From a virus, in IMG/VR virus record IMGVR_UViG_3300035698_022014, positions 11,602 through 75,601 of that record: 64,000 bases of DNA. One strand, written 5' to 3'. The notes under the pieces were generated by a model. That model was not told where the DNA came from. It made no database searches and worked only from the letters and a program-made list of their open reading frames with translations. Below are positions 1-9,831 of this stretch, one piece after another. The translations under genes were made by a program, and so were the position numbers. Numbering within the stretch: position 1 is the first letter of the stretch; each line of letters begins with the position of its first letter.

Positions 1-1274
1 ATGGTAACGCTTCCTGTGGCTGCAACAACTTTGCAATATCCACCGTAATTAAAGTTTACAGGCTGGTTACTAACATCAAATGTTGTTGTGTTTGCATTTG
101 GTATTTCGAACAACCTTTTTGAGTCGTTCGAAACTCTATAACCTTTCGAATATGCAACGCCTTCGCCCATCTCCACAAAAAAGGTGTCTGTTGCCTCGTT
201 CTTGAGTATTTTAAATTGAAATTCGTTCTTTGCAAAGTCCCCATTAGTCTCGTATGTTCTTCTTGCCAATTCTCTCGCGATCGAGTTAAACTCAGATACG
301 TTTCTCGTCTCGACAGGATATCCGTTTTCGTATCTACGGAGAATGAAGAATTCAGGATCAGCTTCTGCTGTCGGTGTTGCAATTGCAACAAGTTTCGGCA
401 CTAGCAAAAGTCTGTCAGCGCCAGGTGCATTCTCGTTTGGAGATCCGTTTGCATTGTCGAGCAATGAAGAGTCTTGCTGTGAGCTAACGATCGTCTCGTC
501 TACAGCATATCCAACAGATATATCGTTGGGCTGAATTGCGAATGGGTCGTCTGACTGGGTCATATACTTCTTAACAACAATAGTCTGATCGTCAACAAAT
601 AGGAAGTGGCCACGCTGAAATATGATACCCTCTGAAGCATTCAGGCCAAACGAGGCTCCTATAGGAGTGGAGAAACCTGCAACAGAAGTGCTTGCGACTA
701 TTCCGTTGTCAACAATTGACTCTACAGCCTGTCCTTCGACGGTCTGTGTTCTTAGAATATACTCTCTAACATTAAGGGAATCATTCGGCTCATAGAGTTT
801 CTTTTCGATGTTACCTACAAGAACAGTGTTCAAGTAGGTAACAAAAAACGTATTGAGATCAGGAGCTCTGCTTTGGAAGCCTGATTCGCCTTGGACGACC
901 AGTGACTTCAGACCATTCTCATCTTCGATCTCATAATAATACTCGTCTATCGTACCGTCTTCTTGAACAATAGTACGCTCAACAAATTCCTCAGGAGCTG
1001 CTCTACTCGAATCAGAGCTGAATATTATTGCGTCGACGACCTTTATGTATTGCAAGTTAGTGAATTCAGTGAAGGTACACCCTTTAATGATTGATCCTTC
1101 TTTGTATATGTTCTCCCCAAACTGCTCAATCTGATTTTGAAGAGTAGTCTGTAGTTGAGTCAATTCCCTTGCTTGTACAGCAAAACCAGGCTTGAAAAGG
1201 ATTCGATAATATTTGTTGGCAATGTCATAATCATCGAAGTACGGTGCTATGTTTAAATCCGTTTTGATACCCAT
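1..1274 (-). CDS. VrlC/DUF4815-family virion structural protein, partial (runs off the left edge; not in the ORF track)
   Basis: Manual translation from ATG at 1274: MGIKTDLNIAPYFDDYDIANKYYRILFKPGFAVQARELTQLQ..., the typical VrlC N-terminus of T4-like phages; follows gp8. Confidence 0.85.
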   Translation of the reverse strand, partial: MGIKTDLNIAPYFDDYDIANKYYRILFKPGFAVQARELTQLQTTLQNQIEQFGENIYKEGSIIKGCTFTEFTNLQYIKVVDAIIFSSDSSRAAPEEFVERTIVQEDGTIDEYYYEIEDENGLKSLVVQGESGFQSRAPDLNTFFVTYLNTVLVGNIEKKLYEPNDSLNVREYILRTQTVEGQAVESIVDNGIVASTSVAGFSTPIGASFGLNASEGIIFQRGHFLFVDDQTIVVKKYMTQSDDPFAIQPNDISVGYAVDETIVSSQQDSSLLDNANGSPNENAPGADRLLLVPKLVAIATPTAEADPEFFILRRYENGYPVETRNVSEFNSIARELARRTYETNGDFAKNEFQFKILKNEATDTFFVEMGEGVAYSKGYRVSNDSKRLFEIPNANTTTFDVSNQPVNFNYGGYCKVVAATGSVT

Positions 1275-1289
1275 TGTGTGCCTTTACCT

Positions 1290-2867
1290 TTAGAAGTCTA
1301 TAATAAGACGTAATTGTTCGATTTTGTCTTGAGATCTGGTTATAGGAGTAGAATCCGATATAAAGAGAACATCGCCTGAATCGCTGATATATGGCGAGTA
1401 TTCTATTGTATTTATGTCGATGCCGCCTGTCTCCACACTGATTGGCTGTGTATTTACAAATATTTCCGTGTATGGGCCCACATAATTGGAAACATATATG
1501 GTGGATTCGGCCGAATCCACCTCGTGAACAGTCCCTTCCACGTCTCCTTGAGTCACAACATCACCGACAGAAAGAGCTCCAACGCTCGATCCTAAAAACA
1601 TTTTGAGTCTATTGTCGAAGGTAGTCGCGTCAAACGCACCGTCAAATAATGGCGATTTGACCAAACCTATTTTACTATATGTTCCTGATGATGGTATAGA
1701 AGAACCAGCACCACTCGAAATGCTTTTTGCAATTCCTATATGTTTAGATTTCAGCTCTCTGAATATGTTGGTTCCGTGGCCTCCTCTAGGTGAGATAATA
1801 GGTCTAATTGTAGCGACAATTGCTCCTTCATTGACGTCAAAAGCTTGAACAGGGGTTTTTATATATGCTCCTGCTCGTGTGTAGTTCGATCCATACTCAA
1901 GCATTCTTGTGGAGACTATTTTACCTCCTTCGAAAATGGGCATTGCAACAGCGCCTGTACCGTCACCTTTTATTTCTATGGTTGGTGCAATCTGTATTAC
2001 GTCATTTGCTTCAATAAAGGTGTTGGACAACACCTTGACATAAGGTTTCGAATTCAGAGTGCCTGACTCAATTATATTGAACGCACGCGACTCGAGTATA
2101 GACGAAGAATCGTTTTTTCTAACATACAAAGTTCTGTTCAGATAGAAATTCGGAGTAGTAAAATCAAACGTCTGTATAGGAGACAAATCTGAGCTACTGG
2201 AAGATTCAAGTTTTACAGGCGAATTTATAAATATTGTTGACGTCAACGAGTCAAAACTCTCGACAATGCCTGTTATCAGCTCATACCCACGATTAGATTC
2301 GCCGTTCTCCACAATAATAGAATATATTCCATCGTTGGCGACGGATTCCACCAAGGCATTTCTCACGATAGGTATCAGATTTCTTGTAAAAAATCTTCTA
2401 TATGTAATGAACGGCGTTGACGACATATATTTCCACACATAGCCATCAGCCAACTCGTATATTCCGTCACTTATGTTGTTTATAAAAATGGGTTTGTTTA
2501 GGGATGGTGTGTTTAGGGAGTTTGATAAACACTTGAATATATGATAGTCTCCACCTTCAATGTCAGGCTCAACAACCACAAAGAAGCTTTCTTCAGATAA
2601 GTTAACACTATTGTCGAAGGCTACGTATGTTGTCCCTTGACGCCATACAACACTTGCTAGCATAAACGAAATGTCTTTGGGTTCTACCTGAATACCAAAG
2701 ATGGCCCGTCCAAGAAACTCTTGAGCTGTCATTTGCGAGTTAGTAGATCTTGTTCTTGCTAATTCGCCTGCAAACGATCCGAACAACCAAAAATTGTTAT
2801 CAATTAAGTTTTTCATGTAGTAGTTCTCTACAAGATCGTAGTCGAATTTATCTAATTTTGTTGACAC
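1290..2867 (-). CDS. Baseplate wedge subunit gp8-like
   Basis: IFKCLSN, DGYVWKYM, ISPRGGHG and terminal EQLRLIIDF motifs; synteny. Confidence 0.85.
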   Translation of the reverse strand: MSTKLDKFDYDLVENYYMKNLIDNNFWLFGSFAGELARTRSTNSQMTAQEFLGRAIFGIQVEPKDISFMLASVVWRQGTTYVAFDNSVNLSEESFFVVVEPDIEGGDYHIFKCLSNSLNTPSLNKPIFINNISDGIYELADGYVWKYMSSTPFITYRRFFTRNLIPIVRNALVESVANDGIYSIIVENGESNRGYELITGIVESFDSLTSTIFINSPVKLESSSSSDLSPIQTFDFTTPNFYLNRTLYVRKNDSSSILESRAFNIIESGTLNSKPYVKVLSNTFIEANDVIQIAPTIEIKGDGTGAVAMPIFEGGKIVSTRMLEYGSNYTRAGAYIKTPVQAFDVNEGAIVATIRPIISPRGGHGTNIFRELKSKHIGIAKSISSGAGSSIPSSGTYSKIGLVKSPLFDGAFDATTFDNRLKMFLGSSVGALSVGDVVTQGDVEGTVHEVDSAESTIYVSNYVGPYTEIFVNTQPISVETGGIDINTIEYSPYISDSGDVLFISDSTPITRSQDKIEQLRLIIDF

Positions 2868-2886
2868 TTGAAAACCTCAATCGATG

Positions 2887-5457
2887 TTATGTTGATAAGT
2901 ATTGGAAGTTAGTACTCGATACAAACACACCGTCATCTGAGATGTATTGATTGCCTGTTTCTAAATCCAAATCAGAAACACGAACATCAGGTATGGTAAC
3001 ATCGATAGTAATGACGTCTGTCTTAGTGAATTTGGTGAACAACTTCATCCCAGAAGGGTGTAGTAGATCTCTATATTCCGTCTCGTATATACTTGTAGAT
3101 ATATCTGTATTTATTTCATACGAATAGTCTTGATAAAACACACTATCCTGTAAAACTTTGTTGCTGTTAATTTGTGAGGCGAAACTCGTCCATCTGCCTT
3201 CTGTTAGCCCTTGACGGCGTGACCTTGCAACGCCGACCGAATCAGGTACTGGATCATTAATGACAAACAAATCCAGATTCTCTTGGAACCACTGAGTGTT
3301 CCTCAAGGCAGGAACTATTATTCTGTTCCACATATTCAAATTATTTGGACTTGCTGTCTCTGTGGCTATCTGTTCAAATATAGAAGCATCAAGTGCAGAC
3401 AATATTCCATCTGCACTTATGTCTCCATATATATAATCATTTGTGCCAAGAGTCTTAATAAACGATTCTAACGGGATTGACCTTGTAACATCGCCTGTAA
3501 TAATTTTCGACACTTCTGCGAAAAAGGTTCCGCCTTCTGATTGTGCAACGGGTACAATTGGGGTTATGTTGTCACGAATGGCTTTTGTGGTGTTATAAAT
3601 TTCAACGGAAGAGCCATCTGCATACCCAAAACCGCTGTCAATTATTTCAAGCGCTTCAATTTTTCCTGTGACTGTTTGTACTGTTCCCTTGATATGTGCA
3701 TTCAATCCTATAGGTTGAGATGAAAGGTCTCTAGAAATTGCCGTCACGGTTATTGGTGCTGTACTATCAAGTTTAAATATAGGCTGAGACAACACAAACG
3801 ATGCAAATGACAAGTGAGTCACGTATAAATTGTTACCTTCTACTCTTACGATACGGCCTTTGACTTGAATGTCTACTTGATTACCCTCAAAGGTTTCGAC
3901 AGTAATCTGTTGTCTTATCTCATCGCCCACGAACAATATTACACCTGCAGCAGGGACAATTCTCAGTACCTGATCTCTAAGGTTGAAGCGCCTAATAATA
4001 TCTTCTCTTGCAACAAGGAACACATCGCTAAAATAATCTGTTCCAGGATTCACGTTTGAAAGTGTAGATATTGCTCCTAACGTAAAACTTTCAGGGACGA
4101 ATGCTACGTTCAATTGCGTGGCAATTGACGGAACAACATCGTTGACTCTCGTTCCACTCATTTCTATTATAGCAGGAGGAACGGCAGAGAAGTTTGCTGA
4201 ATCTAGCGGGACGTCCAAATAATTTTGTATTAAATCTGTAATGATGATAATATCTTCTGTGTTTTCTATCAATCCAACATCGACACTAGCGCTGCCATTA
4301 GGCTCTGTGATGAATATAGGGACAGTGGCAATGTTTTCTGGTCTGTCGACTGTATTGATCTCAAAACCGCCTTCAAAGAAGTATGTAGCTGGCTGATTTG
4401 TCGCTTCGTCTGTTGATAGGTCAAGTTTAACCCCAACGGACGTTTTGCTCTGACCAATTACCAAACCTGTGACTAGTGTAGAACTACTGTTGATCTGCTG
4501 TACAGTCTCGCCCACAATGAACTGTACAGTAGCCTCATCGAGTTCTGGATCAGCAGTGAAGAATGTTTGTGTAGATATCTCTATGTCTGTGTTTGATACT
4601 GTGTAGCCATATCCACCCGAAACTACATCAAAGTTAATCTCGCCTGTCAGTTCCTTAGATGTGGCTGAGACTCTTGCTTTGCCGCCGTAACCATCTGTAG
4701 ACGTAACGTCCACAACGTCGCCTATCCGGTTGTCACTGCTAGCGATTGCAGTAGGTTCGATGTCGATGTTTCGTAAGGACCCATACACTCTACCGTATGT
4801 AATGTCTGGATTTCTACTAAAAATTACATCAAACCCTACAAATTCGCCTCTTACGTCACTGATGAACAGAATTGGGATTAATGCTTTGTTGATGGTGATA
4901 AAATAGATGCTATCCACAAACGCCTCAGCTCTACTCTTGTCACCAAACACTTTCTTGTTTACAACTCCCTTGAAGATGTCTGTGTTGTAAACAGCACCAA
5001 GTTGTATGAAAGTACCTACTTTCCACTGTGAGGAAGACGGTGTAAAAATATCCTGTGACGGATAATATATTTCAACTTCTGTATCGAAGAAGAGTTTGAA
5101 AAAAAGCTCAATGCCTTCTTTTGATCCTTTGCGACGATATAAATCTAATATGTGCTTGATGAGGAACCTTGTATCCTCCTGAAAAAACAGACCATTCATG
5201 TATTTGTTTTTGAAGAAAATTAGCATTCGATCGAGTGTAGAATCAATGTCACGATATTCGTAAATTCTTCTTATGTTGTATACTGATTGGTTCTCTTGTG
5301 TCTCCATGAACTCGTAGTATCTTTTTACAAGTTCAATAAGTTCTCTTCCGTCCTCGCGGTACAAAGCAGGAAATTGGTTTTCAACAACGAAAGATGTTGT
5401 TGTCGATTCAGCCAGAACATAGTCTGTGAGACGAATGTCGTTGATGTTTTCGGCCAT
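2887..5457 (-). CDS. Baseplate wedge subunit gp7-like
   Basis: IKHILDLYRRKGSKEGIELFF and C-terminal LQDSVFYQDYSYEI...LLHPSGMK. Confidence 0.85.
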   Translation of the reverse strand: MAENINDIRLTDYVLAESTTTSFVVENQFPALYREDGRELIELVKRYYEFMETQENQSVYNIRRIYEYRDIDSTLDRMLIFFKNKYMNGLFFQEDTRFLIKHILDLYRRKGSKEGIELFFKLFFDTEVEIYYPSQDIFTPSSSQWKVGTFIQLGAVYNTDIFKGVVNKKVFGDKSRAEAFVDSIYFITINKALIPILFISDVRGEFVGFDVIFSRNPDITYGRVYGSLRNIDIEPTAIASSDNRIGDVVDVTSTDGYGGKARVSATSKELTGEINFDVVSGGYGYTVSNTDIEISTQTFFTADPELDEATVQFIVGETVQQINSSSTLVTGLVIGQSKTSVGVKLDLSTDEATNQPATYFFEGGFEINTVDRPENIATVPIFITEPNGSASVDVGLIENTEDIIIITDLIQNYLDVPLDSANFSAVPPAIIEMSGTRVNDVVPSIATQLNVAFVPESFTLGAISTLSNVNPGTDYFSDVFLVAREDIIRRFNLRDQVLRIVPAAGVILFVGDEIRQQITVETFEGNQVDIQVKGRIVRVEGNNLYVTHLSFASFVLSQPIFKLDSTAPITVTAISRDLSSQPIGLNAHIKGTVQTVTGKIEALEIIDSGFGYADGSSVEIYNTTKAIRDNITPIVPVAQSEGGTFFAEVSKIITGDVTRSIPLESFIKTLGTNDYIYGDISADGILSALDASIFEQIATETASPNNLNMWNRIIVPALRNTQWFQENLDLFVINDPVPDSVGVARSRRQGLTEGRWTSFASQINSNKVLQDSVFYQDYSYEINTDISTSIYETEYRDLLHPSGMKLFTKFTKTDVITIDVTIPDVRVSDLDLETGNQYISDDGVFVSSTNFQYLST

Positions 5458-7239
5458 TTATCTCGACTCTATTATTGTAATGGTTGTATCTTTGTCTAAT
5501 GATATCAGGACTCTAGTGTTTGGCGCTGATACGTTTCTTTCGCGTGTCTTGGCAGATACGCGGATTCCATCACCAACGTATGAATCCGCTACGAAGTCAG
5601 AAAGTCGTGCCACGCCGTTCGTATAATCAACCGTTCCAACATTGCGTCTGATGACGTCCAACACGCCCTCTGATCTTCTACTTGAATCCACAATGTTCAC
5701 AATCCCTAAGCCGTTATCTTCAAAAATAGCATTTATACCATCAAACACAAATGGGCTACTCTGAACGATTGAATTGTAGCTTTCAGACCTCGTTGCCTGT
5801 GTCAGACTGTTGGGCGTTTGGAGCGGTGTTCCAAAATCAAAAATAGGATTGTCTTTTAGTTTAAATTGAGGTGAATATAGTATATACGGTACAGCTTCCA
5901 TCGTGTTGCTTGTGATAGCAAGGTTGCTATTGTCTATCAATGCGGACACTCTGGAAAGCTCAAATATAGCTCCAAACTTATCAAGTGAAGCGTTGTTGTA
6001 TGCTTTGATAACTTCTCTGACACTCTGCTCTATTTCAGACTCAGATTGAGTGGTCTGTTTCCTTGAATAGAAGACGTTTATGCTCAAGGAAACATACAAG
6101 AACTTAGGAGGTAAAAATATCGGCTGAATGGCAACAGGTGTCTTGTCTCTGAGATAAACCTCATAGTTTCGTGCAGCAACGTCTGATAGGCCACCATCAA
6201 CATTGACTGCTATTGCTACTTTACCAAAACGTGGCGGGTCAAGCTCATCGCCACCAAATACAGAGATGTCTTTTATTTCGTTAAATCGTTGTTTTAGCAA
6301 AACTTCATAATCACGTGAAGTGACAGCGCGTTCTTGAATTTGTATTGATCTTGGAGCGAAAAATTTAATATCTTCAACTGTTTCTTTTTCAGCGCCACCC
6401 CTTGCGTTTGTGGTAGTTATAATAGTCACGTTGGGCACGAACGCAGTAGTAAATTTGCACGCTCCGTTTGCCTCACTGCCACTAGTTACTCTATACAGTA
6501 ATCTTATTTGCTCATTCTCGGCTGGGCTTCTACCAAATTTTTCGTTGCCAAACAGCACTTCGTATGTACCATCAAAACCTGGTTCTATGTAGAATACAGC
6601 ATCACCTGTTTGTACTCCAAAAACATCGCTGCGATACACATACTCAATTGTATCGAGTGGTTGGTCAAACTGCTCAAATACCTTAATGCTCGACGTGTCT
6701 ACATTTTGGTTGATCAGTCTAATAGATTTTCTCGCTCCAGTGACAAAGAAGCCCTCGTCAACTATTTCCCCCTCGAAAATTTCAACATCATTAGCAACAA
6801 ACACACCCTCTGCTGTTCGTCTTGCTATGAACACATTGTTGGTGTAAAAATTGTATCTTTCACCTGCATGTGTTGTGGTAAACCGTGTATTCGCAGGTAT
6901 TGTGATGACCGATCCTGTCTCTTGTGTATTGGTGATTGATACATTTATTATAGCAACAGCCGATTTGGCAGATCTGGGAAGATAGTTCAACTCTTTTGCG
7001 TGCGATACAACAGAGTTCTCTAATTGAGCACTGTCGAGAAACATTTCAGAGATTGCCATGTTTGTGTAGAAATTGTTCTGGTATGTGTTATAAGCAAGCA
7101 CGTCAAGTAACACAGACATGTTCGAACCTTCAAAGTCAACATCTTTGAATCTACCTGTCGGATCAGCTTTGAGATAATCTTTTAGTTGAGATTTAACACG
7201 AAAGAAATCTAGTTCTGTAATTGGCGTCTTTAATGACAT
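5458..7239 (-). CDS. Baseplate wedge subunit gp6
   Basis: ELDF..VK..LK, DFEGSNMSVLLDVLAYNT, QERAVT..DY. Confidence 0.93.
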   Translation of the reverse strand: MSLKTPITELDFFRVKSQLKDYLKADPTGRFKDVDFEGSNMSVLLDVLAYNTYQNNFYTNMAISEMFLDSAQLENSVVSHAKELNYLPRSAKSAVAIINVSITNTQETGSVITIPANTRFTTTHAGERYNFYTNNVFIARRTAEGVFVANDVEIFEGEIVDEGFFVTGARKSIRLINQNVDTSSIKVFEQFDQPLDTIEYVYRSDVFGVQTGDAVFYIEPGFDGTYEVLFGNEKFGRSPAENEQIRLLYRVTSGSEANGACKFTTAFVPNVTIITTTNARGGAEKETVEDIKFFAPRSIQIQERAVTSRDYEVLLKQRFNEIKDISVFGGDELDPPRFGKVAIAVNVDGGLSDVAARNYEVYLRDKTPVAIQPIFLPPKFLYVSLSINVFYSRKQTTQSESEIEQSVREVIKAYNNASLDKFGAIFELSRVSALIDNSNLAITSNTMEAVPYILYSPQFKLKDNPIFDFGTPLQTPNSLTQATRSESYNSIVQSSPFVFDGINAIFEDNGLGIVNIVDSSRRSEGVLDVIRRNVGTVDYTNGVARLSDFVADSYVGDGIRVSAKTRERNVSAPNTRVLISLDKDTTITIIESR

Positions 7240-7243
7240 TTGT

Positions 7244-7684
7244 TTACCTTACTCGCTCTATAAACACTGTAATTGATATTGGTGCTTCGTTGTCTTTTAC
7301 ATAGAAGTATATAGTGATTTGGACTTTGTTGTCGTCATACAATGATATGACATCTATATCAATTAATGATACTCTTGGCTCGAAGTTATTTATAACATCA
7401 CGTACACGTTCTTCAAGTATTTTCAGAGTAACAGGAGTAACATTTTCAAACAGTGAAGCTCGAACGTCAGAACCAAGATTTGGCTGAAACAGTCTTTCAC
7501 CTCTGTCTGTTAGAATCAAATTCTTCAACGATTCCTTTATCGATTCTTCGTTTGTCCTTAATGCAACGTCCAATGATATAGGATTTACTGTCAAGTCCTT
7601 GTGGAAGTCTGTATATACAACTCTCTTTTTCCGTAGAGGCGACACTCTAGGAATAGGATAAAGTGGATCATTAAGTGTAAACAT
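7244..7684 (-). CDS. Baseplate wedge subunit gp25
   Basis: NLILTDRGERLFQPNLGS, FEPRV. Confidence 0.92.
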   Translation of the reverse strand: MFTLNDPLYPIPRVSPLRKKRVVYTDFHKDLTVNPISLDVALRTNEESIKESLKNLILTDRGERLFQPNLGSDVRASLFENVTPVTLKILEERVRDVINNFEPRVSLIDIDVISLYDDNKVQITIYFYVKDNEAPISITVFIERVR

Positions 7685-7687
7685 TTG

Positions 7688-9820
7688 TTAGCCTCCCTTA
7701 GTGCCTGCAGTGCCTGACAGACTGTAATATTGGAAGTTGCCCCAGTCACCTCGACTTCCCCTCGTATCAACATGCACAAATGTCCCATAAGAGCCGAATC
7801 CTCTGAACCCTACTTGGTATGCAAGATTCATAAACCGTATTTGATTCGATCTTCCTGAAACACTACAATCAAAGGCCTTTCCTGCTAGATGCAACGACCC
7901 TGGTTTTCCACCTGCACTCCTGTTGGCGCGCGGACTTCTATATGCACTATTTATAACAATTGTTTGACCCCAACGTGTTGCAAGTAAATATAGCATGTAC
8001 ATCGATTCGACATCGACACCGCCTCCAATGCTCATTGGGGTAAACCCTGCAGGCCCTGAAAGACTTGAAGAAGGGCCTGGGGAGTACTTGATTCCGCCCT
8101 TACCTGCAACTGCATCTTGATATGAGGGGAATGTATATCCTGTAGGTATGTTGGGGGTTGGACCATATCCAACATATGGCACTGTTCCTTGTGGCAGGTT
8201 TGCAACGCCGCCTCTTGCTGTTGTTGCAGGCAAAGATCCTGACAACCTTGAAGCTTCTAGTCTTGCTTGTGTGTCAAACCTTGTTGCACCAGATCCTATT
8301 GCTGTCAAGGTAGTTCCATTGCCTGCTGCAGACAATACAACATTTGTGTCCCTGAATTGTGTGTGAACAGACTCAAGTGGTTTAATTGAAAGATCAAACA
8401 GTCTTTCTATTTCTCTGACAAGATTACCAAAACGAAGGACGACGAAATCGACTTCCTCTATTTGTGGATCTCTGTATTTTGCAATGGCTATTGCAATTTG
8501 TCCTCTGACAACATCTTTCATTTGATTGGCCGTTTCATCGCTTGCTGCTTTCTGAGCAGATGCTACAAGGCCTGCATTTTTCCTTTGAATCGGTCCCATA
8601 TTGAAATTGAAATTATTACTGAGAATGTCCGTCGCAAAAAAGAATATCTTAGACTTTAGTTGGCTCGATGCACCATCAATAACAGACGACATTTCGCGGT
8701 CGAGGTTCCTCAATACGCCGACAGCAGCAAACCCTCTTACAATCTCACGCATTGCGTTAAGGTCCGTCTCCAACGTGATTCCAAACCCCTTTGAAGCCTC
8801 GCCGAGTGTCGCAAAAGTCGATGAAAGAGTTCCTTCCATTGCTTGCTTGATTGAGTTGCTTATCTCTTGTGTTCTTGAGGGGTTTGAAACAGAAACACTT
8901 TCAGCTTCTGCATATAGTCCACCTGCTAATTCATCAAAGATGTTTGATGCGTTAGCATAATCTTCATACATTTTAACATTCAACTGTGATGTTAAAATGG
9001 ACAGTTGCGTCAACTGTGAGGTCATCGATTCAATACTGACTTTGGAAATGGGACACGAGGTTTCTTTGCCCACATCTTTGATGCTTTGAATGTACGATAA
9101 GAGGTTGTTTATGACAGATGCAAGCTGTGCTGCTTCGACAAAGCCAAAGTCTGAATCAAACGATCCGCTCAATGCTGCTACAGCAGTCTGTGCAGTCTGT
9201 TGTATGTTTGCAAGTAAGCTACGTGCTGCTCCAACAAGAGACAGTAACTTCTTTACCAATGCAAGTACTTCCTCTAGTTTTGCGCCAATAGTATTTACGA
9301 AGGAGGTGAACTCATCACCAAAGCTCCCTGCATTGTTGAAAACGTCCTTGCGACCGCTTACGTTAGAGTATACGTTATTTACAACAAAACACGATCCTAC
9401 AACATCTAAACCGTTTCCAAGACGTAAAAGATAGTTTTCAACGAGCAACAAAACTCCTCTTGGGTTTTGCTGTGTCTGTGACCCTAATGTTGTAGGGTTT
9501 AGACTGTTAGAGCTTATTATCTGCGTGACCTCTGCAGATGTTATGTCACTAAGATTTATTCTCCTCTCAATGCTTGGAAACTCTATAGCGAACGATCTAA
9601 ATTCTTGAGTCCGTAATGGAGTCGTGGAAGCTGTGTTTGGTGATAGACTGTTTCTTGTTGCACGATATATTTTAATCTCGGCATTTATTATTGCTGTGTT
9701 GGTGTTGAGCAGGGCGATGTCCACATTATTGTTTCCAGCCAACGGAGTAAGGATCGCCTCCGAAGCTAATCGGAGACTTTCAACCAACTCTTCGGAATAT
9801 TTACAGCTATTAATGTCCAT
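7688..9820 (-). CDS. Large helical protein with C-terminal peptidase M15A (D-Ala-D-Ala carboxypeptidase-like) domain
   Basis: INSAYRSP..N...GG...SLH..GKAFD and FVHVD zinc-ligand motifs. Confidence 0.8.
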   Translation of the reverse strand: MDINSCKYSEELVESLRLASEAILTPLAGNNNVDIALLNTNTAIINAEIKIYRATRNSLSPNTASTTPLRTQEFRSFAIEFPSIERRINLSDITSAEVTQIISSNSLNPTTLGSQTQQNPRGVLLLVENYLLRLGNGLDVVGSCFVVNNVYSNVSGRKDVFNNAGSFGDEFTSFVNTIGAKLEEVLALVKKLLSLVGAARSLLANIQQTAQTAVAALSGSFDSDFGFVEAAQLASVINNLLSYIQSIKDVGKETSCPISKVSIESMTSQLTQLSILTSQLNVKMYEDYANASNIFDELAGGLYAEAESVSVSNPSRTQEISNSIKQAMEGTLSSTFATLGEASKGFGITLETDLNAMREIVRGFAAVGVLRNLDREMSSVIDGASSQLKSKIFFFATDILSNNFNFNMGPIQRKNAGLVASAQKAASDETANQMKDVVRGQIAIAIAKYRDPQIEEVDFVVLRFGNLVREIERLFDLSIKPLESVHTQFRDTNVVLSAAGNGTTLTAIGSGATRFDTQARLEASRLSGSLPATTARGGVANLPQGTVPYVGYGPTPNIPTGYTFPSYQDAVAGKGGIKYSPGPSSSLSGPAGFTPMSIGGGVDVESMYMLYLLATRWGQTIVINSAYRSPRANRSAGGKPGSLHLAGKAFDCSVSGRSNQIRFMNLAYQVGFRGFGSYGTFVHVDTRGSRGDWGNFQYYSLSGTAGTKGG

Positions 9821-9831
9821 GAAATTCCCTC

